Assembly: GCA_965240325.2 (NCBI GenBank)
Contig: OZ251226.1
Location: 2,790,001-2,854,000, forward strand
DNA length: 64,000 nucleotides
From: Rebecca billardiae RCC1528
Taxonomy: Eukaryota > Protista > Haptophyta
Reading direction: 5' to 3'
This document shows positions 22,469 through 34,611 of this stretch, in pieces. Position 1 is the first letter of the stretch, and each line of letters begins with the position of its first letter. Below the pieces are notes generated by a model. It searched no databases and was not told the DNA's origin. It worked only from the letters and a program-made list of their open reading frames with translations. A program made the position numbers and the translations under genes.

Positions 22469-23407
22469 TCAAGCCGCCCCTGCGCCGAGCTGCTTGAAGG
22501 CCGCGAGCACACTCGGCATCACGTTGGGCAGCACCGTCTCGGTGATGTCGCGCGCAGTGACGGTCGTGCCGTACCCGCGCTCGCGCGCGAGCGCCTCCAG
22601 CTCGCGCTCGAAGTGCGGCCGGCTGCGCTGCACGCACGACGCGAAGACGGTCTGCTTGGCGGCGGGCAGACGGCGGAACACGTCACCGCCAGTGAGCGCG
22701 CGCACAAACAGCTCGAAGAACTGCTCGATGGAGTTGGCGGCGATGTCGGCACCGGCGGCGTGCGGCGGCTCCTCGCTCGGCGCACCGACGGTGGGCTGCA
22801 CCAGCTCGGCGGGCACGCCCTCCTCGAGCACGTTGTCCTCGTACAGGATGTCGTACACGACGGCGCCCGGCCCGGTGTCGTCCGACGAGGAGCTGTCGTA
22901 CCGCACGGCGTGCACTCGGCCCGCGTACGCCTTCGCGCCGCCCTGGAAATGCGCCTTGACGTTGGTACCGGGTGCAAGCGCGCCGAGCTCCTCGGCGCGC
23001 GCGTGCTCGTCCGGCTCAGCGCGCCACTTCATCGGCTCCACCTCTTCCGCGTCGTGCAGCGCCGCGGTGCAGCCGCCGCCAAAGCGCACGTGCCGCACCT
23101 CCTCGTCGAAGCCCAGCTCGGGGGAGGCGTCGTATCGCACGCGCCACGCCAGTCGGCCGTCGGAAGGCGCGGATTCGGCGCCCTCGATCGAGCATGACCA
23201 CCACACCTGCTCCTCCTCCTCCTCGTCAGTCGCAATCGTCCACAGCACCTGGATGCGCGAGCCCGCGCGCAGGCCTGCGTCGGCGAGCGCGCGCTCCTGG
23301 AGGGCTGGGTCGACGTGCGTCCAGTACGAGGACGAGAAGCTGCCGCAGACGGCTCGCGGCGCCTCTGGCGCATCGACGCGCTGCCGCTTCAGCGGCGACT
23401 CAGCCAT
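22469..23407 (-). CDS. Tudor/SH3-like barrel-containing nuclear protein
   Basis: NLS-like PLKRQR. Tudor-like PGTNVKAHFQGGAKAYAGRV...YDILYEDNVLEEGV, with a second divergent barrel upstream. Confidence 0.6.
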   Translation of the reverse strand: MAESPLKRQRVDAPEAPRAVCGSFSSSYWTHVDPALQERALADAGLRAGSRIQVLWTIATDEEEEEQVWWSCSIEGAESAPSDGRLAWRVRYDASPELGFDEEVRHVRFGGGCTAALHDAEEVEPMKWRAEPDEHARAEELGALAPGTNVKAHFQGGAKAYAGRVHAVRYDSSSSDDTGPGAVVYDILYEDNVLEEGVPAELVQPTVGAPSEEPPHAAGADIAANSIEQFFELFVRALTGGDVFRRLPAAKQTVFASCVQRSRPHFERELEALARERGYGTTVTARDITETVLPNVMPSVLAAFKQLGAGAA

Positions 23408-23826
23408 TGCCAGCGAGGGGCAGGGGGGCGTACCGGTAGAGAGCGATCGAGACGCGTCCGCTCGCCGAGAAAAAAGACCGTTGGTCACTTCAGACCAGCT
23501 ACAATACTGTATTGTACTCGAGTACTCGACGCACTCGGCGGCGGTTCCTCGCTCCTCTCAGCCCCGCTGGCGGCTTAGTTGTATGTGACTTTGTGGCGGC
23601 GGACTCGGGATGGCCGGCCGGGGCAGTGTCAGGCAAGGGCGGTGTGTCAGGGCACTATGTGTACATCTCGGTCAGTGGTTTGAGGTTAGGTGGGGGTGGG
23701 GGTCATGGAGCCCGTTAATACTTTTTGGCTTTGCGGCGCGCGAGACTTGCTGCTGGCTGCGCGGCCTTCTGTTTCTGCCGTTGGAGTTGGCCCTCATCGC
23801 CGCGCGTGCCCACCATCCGCGCCGGC

Positions 23827-24483
23827 TCACTCGCCGGGCGTCAAACGGCGTATCCGCGGCAAGAAGGAGTCGTCGCAGACCGGCTCGTAGGCGGGCATCG
23901 GAAGCTCCGCGCACACCTGGATGTGATGCGCCCTCGCAATCTCGGCGTTCAACCGGCCATGCGACCGGTAGTAGCCCTGGTCCCCGCCCGGTGGTGGGGG
24001 CGTGACGATGCGCTTGATGCCGGCACCGGCAGCGAGGGCGAAGCAGGTGCGGCAGCACACGATCGTGCAGTACAGTGTCGCGCCCTCAAGAGCCACGCCG
24101 TTCATGGCTGCCGTGACAACTGCGTCTGCCTCGGCGTGCAGATCGGTGCGGTGCGTCGGCTTCTTGTTCACCCGCTTGTCGGCCACAAGTGAGCGGGCGA
24201 AGCCGTATGTGAGGATGTCGCCATCGCGCACAACGATCGCCGCACACTGCCCTCGAACCGCATTTCTCCGTGACGCGTGGCTCCGCAGCCTGTTGAGCAC
24301 GTCCATCCAGTGCGCATCGCCCTCCCGAGCTGCCGTCCTTCCGTCTTCGGGAGAGGAGCGACCGCGAGGACGCCTGCGGCTGAAGTGATACCACGCCAGC
24401 CCGAGCCCAAGCAGAGCGGCTGCCGTCGCCGTGGTGCCGACACTCATCAAGCGAACTCGTGCGAGCGAGCGCGAGGACGCCAT
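23827..24483 (-). CDS. Cytidine/deoxycytidylate deaminase family protein with an N-terminal TM anchor
   Basis: LHAEADAV, GATLYCT, CCRTC zinc motif and AGIKRIV. TM segment AAALLGLGLAWYHF followed by RRR. Confidence 0.8.
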   Translation of the reverse strand: MASSRSLARVRLMSVGTTATAAALLGLGLAWYHFSRRRPRGRSSPEDGRTAAREGDAHWMDVLNRLRSHASRRNAVRGQCAAIVVRDGDILTYGFARSLVADKRVNKKPTHRTDLHAEADAVVTAAMNGVALEGATLYCTIVCCRTCFALAAGAGIKRIVTPPPPGGDQGYYRSHGRLNAEIARAHHIQVCAELPMPAYEPVCDDSFLPRIRRLTPGE

Positions 24484-24617
24484 CGTACCTGGCAGGGCGG
24501 GCCGCGTGCCCGTGCAGCAAGCTGAAAGCGCGGCGAGGGTTGTGCATCCACGCTCGCGGCCGGCGAACACGAGGACTGCGATGGCATCGGCGTGAGCCCG
24601 TGTCGCCAGCTGAGCTC

Positions 24618-27600
24618 ATGGGGCGCAAGGGAAAGCGGCACGTGCCGCACGCGTTAAGCGAGCTCGTCGCTCCGCACGTCCACTCGTACAACCACTTCGT
24701 GGAGCACGGCCTGCGCGCCGTGGTCGACAGCCTTGCGCCGGCCTACCTCTACCCAAACGCGGTGCGCGCGGCCGTGCGCACGCGCGCGCGCGCGCGCGCA
24801 CAGGCGGCGGCGGGAGCGCACGCGCGGGGCGGGAACGGGAACGCGTGTGTGCATATTGCGTAGCCAGGCGTGCCTTGCTGCCTGTCGTGGCGCGTGTACT
24901 CACGCGCATTCCACGCGGCCTCCTGCGCGCACGCACGGCTTGCCAGGGAGGCGTGCTCAAGTGGTGGCTCACAGATGTCACGCTCGGCACGCCGACCAAA
25001 AGCGAGGACTGCAGTGATACGCGGCTCTTCCCGACAGAGGTGTGCATCCGAGCGCTCGGCGCGTCCCTCGCGCCCGGGCGCTGCCGCAGCGTCGTCGTCG
25101 CGCGCGCGCGACGCTTCGGCCGCTCACGCGGCCTTCGCACTGGGCTGCCGCGCCGCCCGCGATGCAGGCCCGGCAGCGCGGCCTGTCGTACCGCGCGCCG
25201 CTGATGGCGAAGGTGAGCGTGCGCGTGGACCAGGGCCCGGTCCACTCCTTCGAGCGCAAGATCGGCCTCCTGCCCGTGATGGTGTGCTCGGCGGCGTGCC
25301 ACCTGCGCGCGCTCAGCCCAAAGCAGCTGCTCGCGCGGCACGAGGAGGCGCACGAGGTCGGCGGTTACTTCATCTGTAACGGCAACGAGCGGTGCATCCG
25401 GCTGCTGATCGTGCCGCGGCGGCAGCACATGCTTGCGCTCGCGCGGCCCACCTTCAAGAACCGCGGCACCGACTTCTCCGACAAGGCGATCCAGATCCGG
25501 TGCGTGCGCTCCGACCACTCGTCTGTGACGGTCGCGCTGCACTACCTGGAGAGCGGCGCGGCCGCGCTGCGCCTCACCGTGCGCAAGTCGGAGTTCTTCG
25601 TGCCGGTGTGCCTGGTGCTCAAGGCGCTGCGCGAGTGCACCGACCGCGACATCTACGCGCGCGTGTGCGCCGGCGACTACGACGACGCCTTCGTCTGCGA
25701 GCGCATCGAGGTGGCGCTGCGCGCGGCGCGCGACCTCGGCGCACGCGTGCGAGGGCGCGCGGATGCGCTCATGTACCTCGGCCGGCGCTTCCGCTCGCAG
25801 CTCGCGCTGGGCGACGCGGACGCGAGCGCCGTGTCGGACGAGGCGGCGGGGCGGCTGCTCCTCGAGCAGTACGTCCTCGTCCACCTCGACGACCACGCCG
25901 CCAAGTGGGAGCTGCTCGTGTGCATGCTGCAGAAGCTGTACGCCTTTGCGGCCGGGCGCGTGCCCGCCGACAACGCGGACGCGCTGTCCAACCAGGAGGT
26001 GCTGCTGCCGGGGCACCTGCTGTGCGCGCTGGTGAAGGAGCGGCTGGGGGAGTGGCTCGAGGCGTGCGCCGCGACGGCGCGCAAGGAGCTCCAGCCCGCC
26101 GCCGCCGCCGCCGCGTCGGGCGGCGGCGCGCGCGGCCCGAGCGCGCCCGCGGCCGCGCACTCGGCTGACTTTGCCAAGCGCACGGTGGAGAAGGCGACGC
26201 AGGCGGTCGACGTGGGCAAGAAGGTGGACTACTTCCTCGCGACGGGGAACCTGGTGTCGCGCTCGGGGCTCGACCTGCAGCAGACCGCGGGGTACACCAT
26301 CGTCGCCGAGCGGCTCAACTACTGGCGCTTCATCTCGCACTTCCGCTCGGTGCACCGCGGCGCCTTCTTTGCGCAGATGCGCACGACGACGGTGCGCAAG
26401 CTGCTGCCCGAGAGCTGGGGGTTCCTCTGCCCCGTGCACACGCCCGACGGCTCGCCGTGCGGGCTGCTGAACCACCTGGCGCAGCGCTGCGAGCTGCGCG
26501 CGTCCGACGGGCTCGCGCCCGCGCAGGCCGCCGCGCTCGTGCGGCTGCTCGCCGAGCGCGGCGTCGTGCCGATCGGCGGCGCGCTCGACGCATGTGGCGC
26601 GCCGCCGCCGCGCGGCTCGCTGCCGGTGCTGCTCGACGGCGCGCTGGTGGGGCACGTGCCGGGCGCGCGCGCGGCGGGGCTGGCGCGCGCGCTGCGCACG
26701 CTCAAGCTGCTCCGCGCGCCCGTCAGCGCGCTCGGCGAGCTCCTCCCCGCCTCGGCCGCGTCGGGCGCCGCGCTGCGCGTGCCAGATGCGCTCGAGATTG
26801 TGCTGGCGCGGCCGGGCGACAGCCCGCAGTGGGGCTCGCTCTGCCTCTTCAGCGGGCCGGCGCGGCCGCTGCGGCCGGTGCGCCACCTGGGCACGGGGCG
26901 CGTGGAGCTCGTCTCGCCGTGGGAGCAGCTCTACCTCCGCATCGCCCTCTCCGACGCCGACGCCGCCGCCGAGGCCGCGGCGGGCGCAACAGGCGCGGCG
27001 GGCGCGGACGCGTGCGCGGACGACCCGCCGACGCACGCCGAGCTGAGCCCGATGAACATGCTCTCGGTGATCGCCTCGCTCACGCCCTTCTCCGACCACA
27101 ACCAGTCGCCGCGCAACATGTACCAGTGCCAGATGGGCAAGCAGACGATGGGCACGCCGTACCACGCGCTCCCGTACCGCACGGACAACAAGTCGTACCG
27201 GCTGCAGAGCCCGCAGACGCCGCTGGTCGCCACCGAGGGCTACCGCGAGTTCCGGCTGGACGAGTACCCGAACGGCACCAACGCGGTCGTCGCGGTGCTC
27301 GCGTACTCGGGGTACGACATGGAGGACGCGATGGTGCTGAACAAGGCGAGCTACGAGCGCGGCTTCGGCCACGCGTCGGTCTACGCCACGTACGTCGTCG
27401 ACCTCGCCGAGAAGGGCGCGCGCGGCGGGCGCGGCGGCGGCGGCGCGTGCCAGCGCGTCTTCTCCAACCTCGTGCCACGCGAGGAGACGCCCGCCGACTC
27501 GGGCGACGTCGAGCTGTTCACGCCGCAGCTGGGCGAGGACGGGCTGCCCGAGATCGGGCAGACGGTGAAGCAGGGCGAGCCGCTGTACTGCACGTACGAC

Positions 27601-28694
27601 TCGATCTCCAAGACGCACGCCGTGAGCGTGCACAAGAACGCCGAGCCCGCGGCGGTCGAGGAGGTGCGGCTGCTGGGCGCGGAGGGCGGCGCGGCGCACT
27701 GCACGCGCGCGTCCATCAAGCTGCGGTACAACCGCAACCCGATCCCGGGGGACAAGTTCTCGTCGCGCCACGGGCAGAAGGGCGTGATGTCGCGGCTCTG
27801 GCCGCAGGAGGACATGCCCTTCTCCGAGTCCGGCCTCACGCCCGACGTGATCATCAACCCGCACGCCTTCCCGTCGCGCATGACCATCGGGATGCTCGTC
27901 GAGTCGCTCGCCGCAAAGTCGGGCGCGCTGCACGGCATGCAGCAGGACGCGACGCCGTTCCGCTTCGGCGAGCGCCAGCCCGCCGCCGACTACTTCGGCC
28001 GGCAGCTGCTCCGCGCGGGGTACTCGTACGCCGGCTCCGAGCCGATGTACTCGGGCGTGTACGGCTGCGAGATGCAGTACGACATCTACGTGGGCGTCGT
28101 CTACTACCAGCGGCTCAGGTGCGCACGAGGGGGGGCGCGCGCCGCTCGGCTGCCGCGCGCCGCCGGAGGCACGCGGGCGCGGGCGCGAGCGCGCGCCGCG
28201 CAGGCGCGCGCCGGCGACGGTGCGAACGGGCGAGGCGCGCTCACGGCGCGGCGCCGGCGCGCCTGCGCGCGCGCAGGCACATGGTCTCGGACAAGCACCA
28301 GGTGCGCGCGCGAGGCCCAGTCAACGCGCAGACGCGGCAGCCAATCAAGGGCCGCAAGCTGCACGGCGGCATCCGGCTGGGCGAGATGGAGCGAGACTCG
28401 CTGATCGCGCACGGCACCTCCTTCCTGCTGCACGACCGGCTGCTCGTCTGCTCGGACGACCACCGCGCGCTCGTGTGCGCGCGGTGCCGCAGCCTGCTCG
28501 CGCCGCGGATGAAGCCGGCGCACGCGAGCGCGCGCACGCTCGCCGACGGCGGCGCGCACGGCGTCGAGTGCGCCGCGCCGGGGTGCAAGGGCGCGCCCTC
28601 GCGCGTGTGCGTCGTGCGCGTGCCGTATGTGCTCATGTACCTCGCAAACGAGCTCGCCGCGATGAACGTGCGCACGCTCATCGACGTCAAGTGA
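24618..28694 (+). CDS. RPA2: DNA-directed RNA polymerase I second-largest subunit; exons 24618-24761, 24947-25039, 25168-28118, 28277-28694
   Basis: PHVHSYNHF, SHFRSVHRG, RKLLPESWGFLCPVHTPDG, NQSPRNMYQCQM, GYDMEDAM, GDKFSSRHGQKG, QRLRHMVSDK and GEMERD motifs. Confidence 0.97.
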
Positions 28695-29081
28695 GGCGCG
28701 GCTCGCGGTCACTCCAGGACGCGTGCGATGAATCCCATCAGGCGGCCTAATGTCAGTTGTCACCGACTCACCGCATTACTCGTAGACTACACTCGCGCGC
28801 ATGATGCAAACCTCGTCATCATCAGGGCGCTTCGATCATATCCCTGACGAATTATATAGGCGGAGTGTGACCGCTGCTGTGCCTGTGTCAGTGTGCAGAA
28901 TGACTCGGACTGGATTCCAGCTGTCTGGATGATACTTCGTCACATGTGCTGACTGAACGCATTGCCAATCGGAAGCGAAAAGGCAGCGGGCCCAGCCCGT
29001 CGGTCGACGACGCATCATGTTGGCGGATGCTCTGCATGCCGCCAAGCTGCATCCACGCAGAGTGCAGCGCCCCCGCTCGCC

Positions 29082-29708
29082 CTACGGCATGCTCGTATAC
29101 AGGTCGCAGAACTCGTCAAAAGAAATCGAGCCATTCCCGTCGGTGTCGAATTTGTCGAACATCTTGCTCAGCTCGGAGCCATCGAAGGAGTACCCGAGCG
29201 ATGTGAAGAGGTCCCCGAGCTCGGAGGCGTCGATCACGCCGTTGCCATCGCGATCGACCGAGCCGAAGGCCCGTCGCAGCCGGTCGCTGCTCGACTGCGT
29301 GTCCCGCGTAGGGCTCCTGCTCGCCAGCTGCTGAAGTTGGCTGTTGAGTGCAGCCTCCTCCACCGCATCCAGGGCGGCCTGCACGGAGTCGAGCGCCGCC
29401 TCGAGAGAAGCTGCTCTCTGCACAGCCGCGGCGGCATCGCTGCGCAGCTGCGTGAGCTCGTCCGCTGGCCCAGACGCCAGGCGCACCAGCTCTGCGAGCC
29501 GCTCGGCGAGCGCGGTGCTCTCTGATGCAACCGACTGCGCCTCCGCGACGAATGTCTCCTTGGCGCGCTCAAAGTCGGTGAGGCTCATGCACGCGCCACT
29601 ACGAAAGCCGCGGACGTGGTGCCACGTGAGCGCCGATGCACCCCTGACAGACACGACTGGGCCGAGGCCCGCCACCACGAGGACGGCCGCAGCGAGCAAC
29701 ACAGCCAT
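29082..29708 (-). CDS. EF-hand pair protein with a coiled coil and bipartite targeting leader
   Basis: DRDGNGVIDASE and DTDGNGSISFDE loops, plus an N-terminal signal peptide. Confidence 0.85.
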   Translation of the reverse strand: MAVLLAAAVLVVAGLGPVVSVRGASALTWHHVRGFRSGACMSLTDFERAKETFVAEAQSVASESTALAERLAELVRLASGPADELTQLRSDAAAAVQRAASLEAALDSVQAALDAVEEAALNSQLQQLASRSPTRDTQSSSDRLRRAFGSVDRDGNGVIDASELGDLFTSLGYSFDGSELSKMFDKFDTDGNGSISFDEFCDLYTSMP

Positions 29709-30275
29709 CGTGATTTCGTCGGCTGCCGCCCCGCGGAATTAATTAGTGCACGCTTGAAGGCGGGCTGAAGGCACGATGATGACGATGGGGCCGTGCCATG
29801 TGCAGCCATGGCCCGCCGCACCGTCAGGGCGTCGGGCGTCAAGGTGCTGCAGTCAGCCGTGCTGCAGACGCGATGGCATGCCAATGCGCCTCATCAATCA
29901 TCGTCAATGGACGACCGCGCACGCACGACAAATGGCTGCTGACTACACTGAGGCTCAGTCGCTGAGCCGACCGAACGGTCACCTCGACCTCAGTCCTGGA
30001 CCTCGGGGCCAATCGAACGGCTGACGACTACCGAGTAGGACTAGACGAGGCCCTTTCACCGTTGACACATCTGAATCTGCGACCGCGCTTCTCGCCCGCC
30101 TGCGAGGGCCTACTAGCAGCTAGCCAGGCCACGAGGCCCGCTCGTCTGGCCATCCCAGCTTCGAAGGTACACCCCGTTGCGCGAGCCGCCTGGCATACGC
30201 GCCGCGCACGAGTAGCAGCAGTCATGCAGTGGCAGCAGTCAGCGCTCGTGATCACCCGCGGCAGCCCGCGGCCCA

Positions 30276-33200
30276 TTACATAGTGGAGAGGACGTCGCTG
30301 ACGGCCGGGCGCTGCAGCTTGAGCCCGCCGCGCGAGTCCATCAGCTCGCCGTCCACCTCCCACCGCGCCGGGCTCGCGGCGGGGTAGAAGGTGATCGCGC
30401 GCTCATACTCGCCGTACGGCAACCCCGGGTGCACCTCCTCTGTGCGGTGCAGCCAGCGCAGGCTGAGCCAGAGGTACCCCTTGCGGTCCGCGCGGTAGTG
30501 CAGCTTCTTGGCGCCCCGGATGCGGCCCGCTGCGCGCGCACGCGCCAGCCGGAGGGCCGCGCGGCGGGCGGGGTGTGATGCAGCGCGCGCGCGCGCGGTG
30601 TGAGCGAGCGAGCAGCGTGCGCGCGCGCGCGCCGCCGCTCCGCCCGGCGCGCCGCGAGCGCTTACCCTTGGAGCGCGCCCTGAGCCTGACCCTGTGCTCG
30701 GCCACCCAGCGCGCCAGCCGCTTGCTGCTCTTGCCCAGCCGCACCTGCGGACGCGCGCGCGGGTGCGCGGGTGCGCGCGCGCGAGGGCGGCGGCTGAGCA
30801 CGCGCCGGCGCCCGCGTGCGCGCGAGCAGCCCGCCCGCCCGCGTGCGCGCGCGCGCGCGCCGCAGGCTCCCACCTCTGTGACGGCGTGGCACCAGTCGCC
30901 ATCCTCCGAGCGCACCGCGCCGGGCGGCAGGCCGGACGCGGCCGCGTCCGACTCGGTGCCGTTGTGCGCGACGCAGAGCAGCGCGATGCGCACGTGCCGC
31001 ACGCCCATCGCGCGCAGCACGGCGGCGAGTGCCACCGCAAAGTCGGAGGGCGTCGCCTTGAAGCCAGGCAGCACGCCCTCCTGCGCGGCCGGCGGCGGCG
31101 CGCGCTGCGGCTGCTGCGGCTTCTGCTGCTTGGGCGCGGGCGCGTCCTTGTGCGCGGCCATCATCTGACTCGCGCGGAAGCGGCCCAGGGCGGGGAGCAG
31201 CGGGCCCGGCTCGGCGGGCGCCGCGGTGCCCTTCGCGCCATCGCTCGCGTTCGCGCCGCCCGGGCCGCCGTCCGCGCCGCCGCCCTGCGCCGCGCTGATC
31301 GCGGCGGCGGCCTCGGCGAGCGCGGCCTCGGCCAGCCATCTGCGGTGTGCGCGCACGCCCGACCGCACCATCTCGACGCGCTCGCGCGGCACCGCGTCCT
31401 GCTCCACGCCCGCCATCTTGAAGAGCTCCTTGAGCACCTCGCGCTCGGACATGTGCGCGGGCACGTCGAACCCGCCCAGCGACGCGTTCACGTGCGCCTC
31501 GATGGCCGTGCGCGCGCGCTCCTCGCGCGCCGCCATGCGCTCGAGCGCGCGCCGCGCGCGCTCGACGTCGCGAGCGCCGCGCGCGCCGCCTCGCGCGCCG
31601 GCTCGGCTGCTGCTCTCGGCCTCCTCCTCCTCCTCGTCCACGTCCACCACCTCGAGGAGCTCCTCCTCCTCCTTCTCCGCCGCCGCCGCCGAGCTGGGCG
31701 CCGCCGCGCCGCCGCTCGGGGAAGCGCCATCGGCGTCGGCGCCGGCAGTGTGCGCAGCCGGCTCGCTCTCAGGCCGAGGCGGCCGCGGCGCGTCGCTCGG
31801 CTCGGAGGCGGCGGCGGCGCCGTCTGGCTGCTCGGACGCGCCGCCCTCCGTGTCGCCCGCGCCCTGCGCGCCCTCCGAGCGCGTGCCCTCCTCCCCCTCC
31901 TGCGCCTCGCCCCCCTCCTCCGCCTCGTCCTCGGCCTCGGCCGCCGCCGCGGCAGTCGGGTCGATCAGCTCGCGCAGTGCCGTGAGCGCCTTCTGAACAG
32001 TCGCCTGCCTGCGGTGCTCCTTCACAGAGTCGAAGAGCAGCGCGAGCGAGCGGTTGCGCAGCGGCGGCTCGGCCAGCGTGTCGTTCCAGCTGGGAGCGCC
32101 CGCGCCCGCGCCCGCCTCCGCGCCGCCGGCTGCGCCGGGCGGCTGCGCCACCGGCTGCTGCGCGCGCTTGGCGCTAACCCCGAGCCAGCGCAGCAGCGTG
32201 CTGTGCAGCTGCAGGTCTGTGGCGTTCTGCGTCTCGTTGGCGTCGAGCGCGCCGAGCAGGTCGAAGACGAAGGCCTGCACGACGGTGCGCTCTGTGAAGT
32301 TGAACGCGCCCGGCGGCACCAGCGGCGTCGGCGGCGGCGTCGGCGGCGTCGGCGGCGGCGGCACGTCGGCGGCGGCCTCGGCTGCGGACGCGTCCGCGCA
32401 CACCGACGGCTCACCGCTCGGCCCGACGCACGCGCGGACCGTTGGCTCGTCGGGCGGCGCGCGCGCGGGCGTCGCGCTCGGCGGCGCGGCGGGCGCGGCG
32501 GCGCCGGCCTCCTCCGCGGCGCGCGCGCTGAGCACCTCGAGCAGCCCGCTCAGCGCCGACGCGCGGATCCGCTCCGCCATGCCGCGCCGCGCCTCGCCGA
32601 TCCTCGCGACCACAAACGGGCGGTGCTGCTCCGGCACTGCGCCCAGCCCGCCCTCCACCTCCGCGGACGCGAGGAGCTCCTCGAGCACCTGCTCGTCGGA
32701 GAGCTCGGCCGGCACGGTGAACGAGCACACCGTCGCGTTGAGCACGCGCGCCACGTCCGCCGGCTCGAGCAGCCCGAGCGGGTCGAAGCGCAGCGCGTCG
32801 AGCAGCTCGGACGAGCGCACGCCGACCGAGCCGGCGGCGTCGGAGCCCGGCGCGCCGTCCGCCGAGCCCGACGCGTCAGTGCCGGCTCCGTCGGCGTCGG
32901 CGTCGCTCGGCGCGGGCGCATCCGCGCCCGGCGCGTCTCCGCGCGCGCCCTCTTCCGCCTTCTGCGCGGCGTCGGCGTCGGCGCCGTGCTGCGCGTCGTG
33001 CTGCGCGCCGCCGTCGGGCGCTGCGCCCTCCCCGCTCTCCCCGAGCGGCCTCTCCTCCGTGCGCAGACGCTCAGCGAGGCCCTTGAACGCGCGCAGCGCC
33101 TCCTTGGCGACCGCCTGGTGGTGCCGGTGCTCGGAGACCACCTCGAGCAGCGCGCGCATCGCCGGGTGCTCCTCCCGCCCGCCGTCCGCACCCGCCGCCG

Positions 33201-34611
33201 CCTCGGCGCCGTCCCCGCCCTCGCGCGCCGCGTCGCCGCCTGCGGCCGCGCCGGCGGGTGTCGCGTGCAGCAGGCCGGGCACTTCCTTCAGCTCGTCGCC
33301 CAGCACGGTCTCGAGGACCTCCCTGTCGCTCATCTCGTCGGGCACGTCGTACTGGCCGAGCGTGTCGACCAGCGTGGCCTGCATCGAGGCGAGCAGCTCG
33401 TCGGTCTCGAGCTCGTCGCGCTCCGCGTCCGACTTGGCGCGCGCGGCGAGTGAGGCGGACGCGGAGATGCCCGAGCTCATCGCCGGCTTGGCGGACGGGC
33501 GGCGCGCCTTCTGCTTCGCGGCCCACAGGGTGGAGAGCTCCTCGAAGGCGTACAGGATGTCGGCCGCCGAGGCGGCCTTGGCGGCGCCGGGCTCGACGCC
33601 GCCCTCCAGCTCCGTCGCGTTCGCCTCGGCCGAGGCGTTCGCACCGGACGCGCCGCCCTCCGCCGTGCGCAGCGCGCGCGCCGCCAGCTCCTGCACGGCC
33701 GAGCCGTTGGCCGCAGAGATGCCGGCGCCTCCGCCCTGCTCGGCCGGCGCGACGGGGACGAAGGGCGGCGGCTCGGCGCCCTCCACCTCCATCGCCCAGC
33801 GCAGCTGCGCCGCCTGCGCGGCGAATCGCGCCTCGTCCCGCCCGACGAACGCGCCGCGCGAGATGTGCCACCCCACCAGCCCGATGGCGAGTGCGCCGAG
33901 CAGCGCGCCGCGCCGCCCGTCGGCCGAGAGGCCGCGCGCGCGCGCGCCGGGCGCGCCGTCGGCGGCGGGCGCGCCGTCGGCGGCGGGCGCGGAGGCGGCC
34001 AGCGCGGACGCCGACGCCGCCGCGCCCTCCGCCGGCCCGACGTCCACGTCGTCCCGCAGCATGTCGACGAAGCAGCCCGCGCCCAGGCCGAGCAGCGGGG
34101 GCAGCGCCGCCGGCATCCCCATCACGATCGCGACCGCGGCGACCGACCACCAGGGCAGCTGCAGCGCGGAGGTGCGCAGCGGGCCGAAGACCTCGATGGG
34201 CTGCGCCGGCTCCGACATCGAGTAGAGGTGCATCACGAAGAAGACCAGCGGCGTGCACAGGAAGGGCTGCTCGAACTCGGGCAGCGCGTACGCGCCCAGC
34301 AGCATGGCCGCCAGGCCGCCCAGCAGCGTGGCGGCGTAGTGGTGCACGCGGCCCGCGTAGAAGCCGGTCTCGAGAAGCGCCGAGAAGTGCGACAGGAAGT
34401 ACATGTGCATCATGAACGTCATGCTCAGCCCGTCATGATAGGCGAACGCGGTGAGCAGCCGCCACGGCTGGCCGCCGCCGAGCGCGAGCGGGAAGCTGAG
34501 CGCAAGGTCGGAGGGCGCGGCGTGGCGCATCGTGACCGCCGCGGACACGCCGACGCATGCGACCGTCAGGCCCAGCGTGAACGGCGGCAGCTCCGCGATC
34601 TTGATCGGCAT
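30276..34611 (-). CDS. Giant Derlin fusion (~1356 aa): DER1 domain, extra TM, acidic repeat region and transglutaminase-like C-terminus; exons 34611-30874, 30744-30666, 30529-30276
   Basis: Derlin motifs LPPFT, QPWRLLTAF, MYFLSHFSALLE.GFY, FL...LVFFV and LPW. Exon 1 is a continuous 3738-nt frame. Two GT-AG introns join in frame. Confidence 0.8.

Noticed and set aside
24616-27933. 1105-aa minus ORF and many other Arg/Ala-rich overlapping ORFs across the window
   Set aside because: Shadow frames of real genes; stop codons are rare at this GC content.
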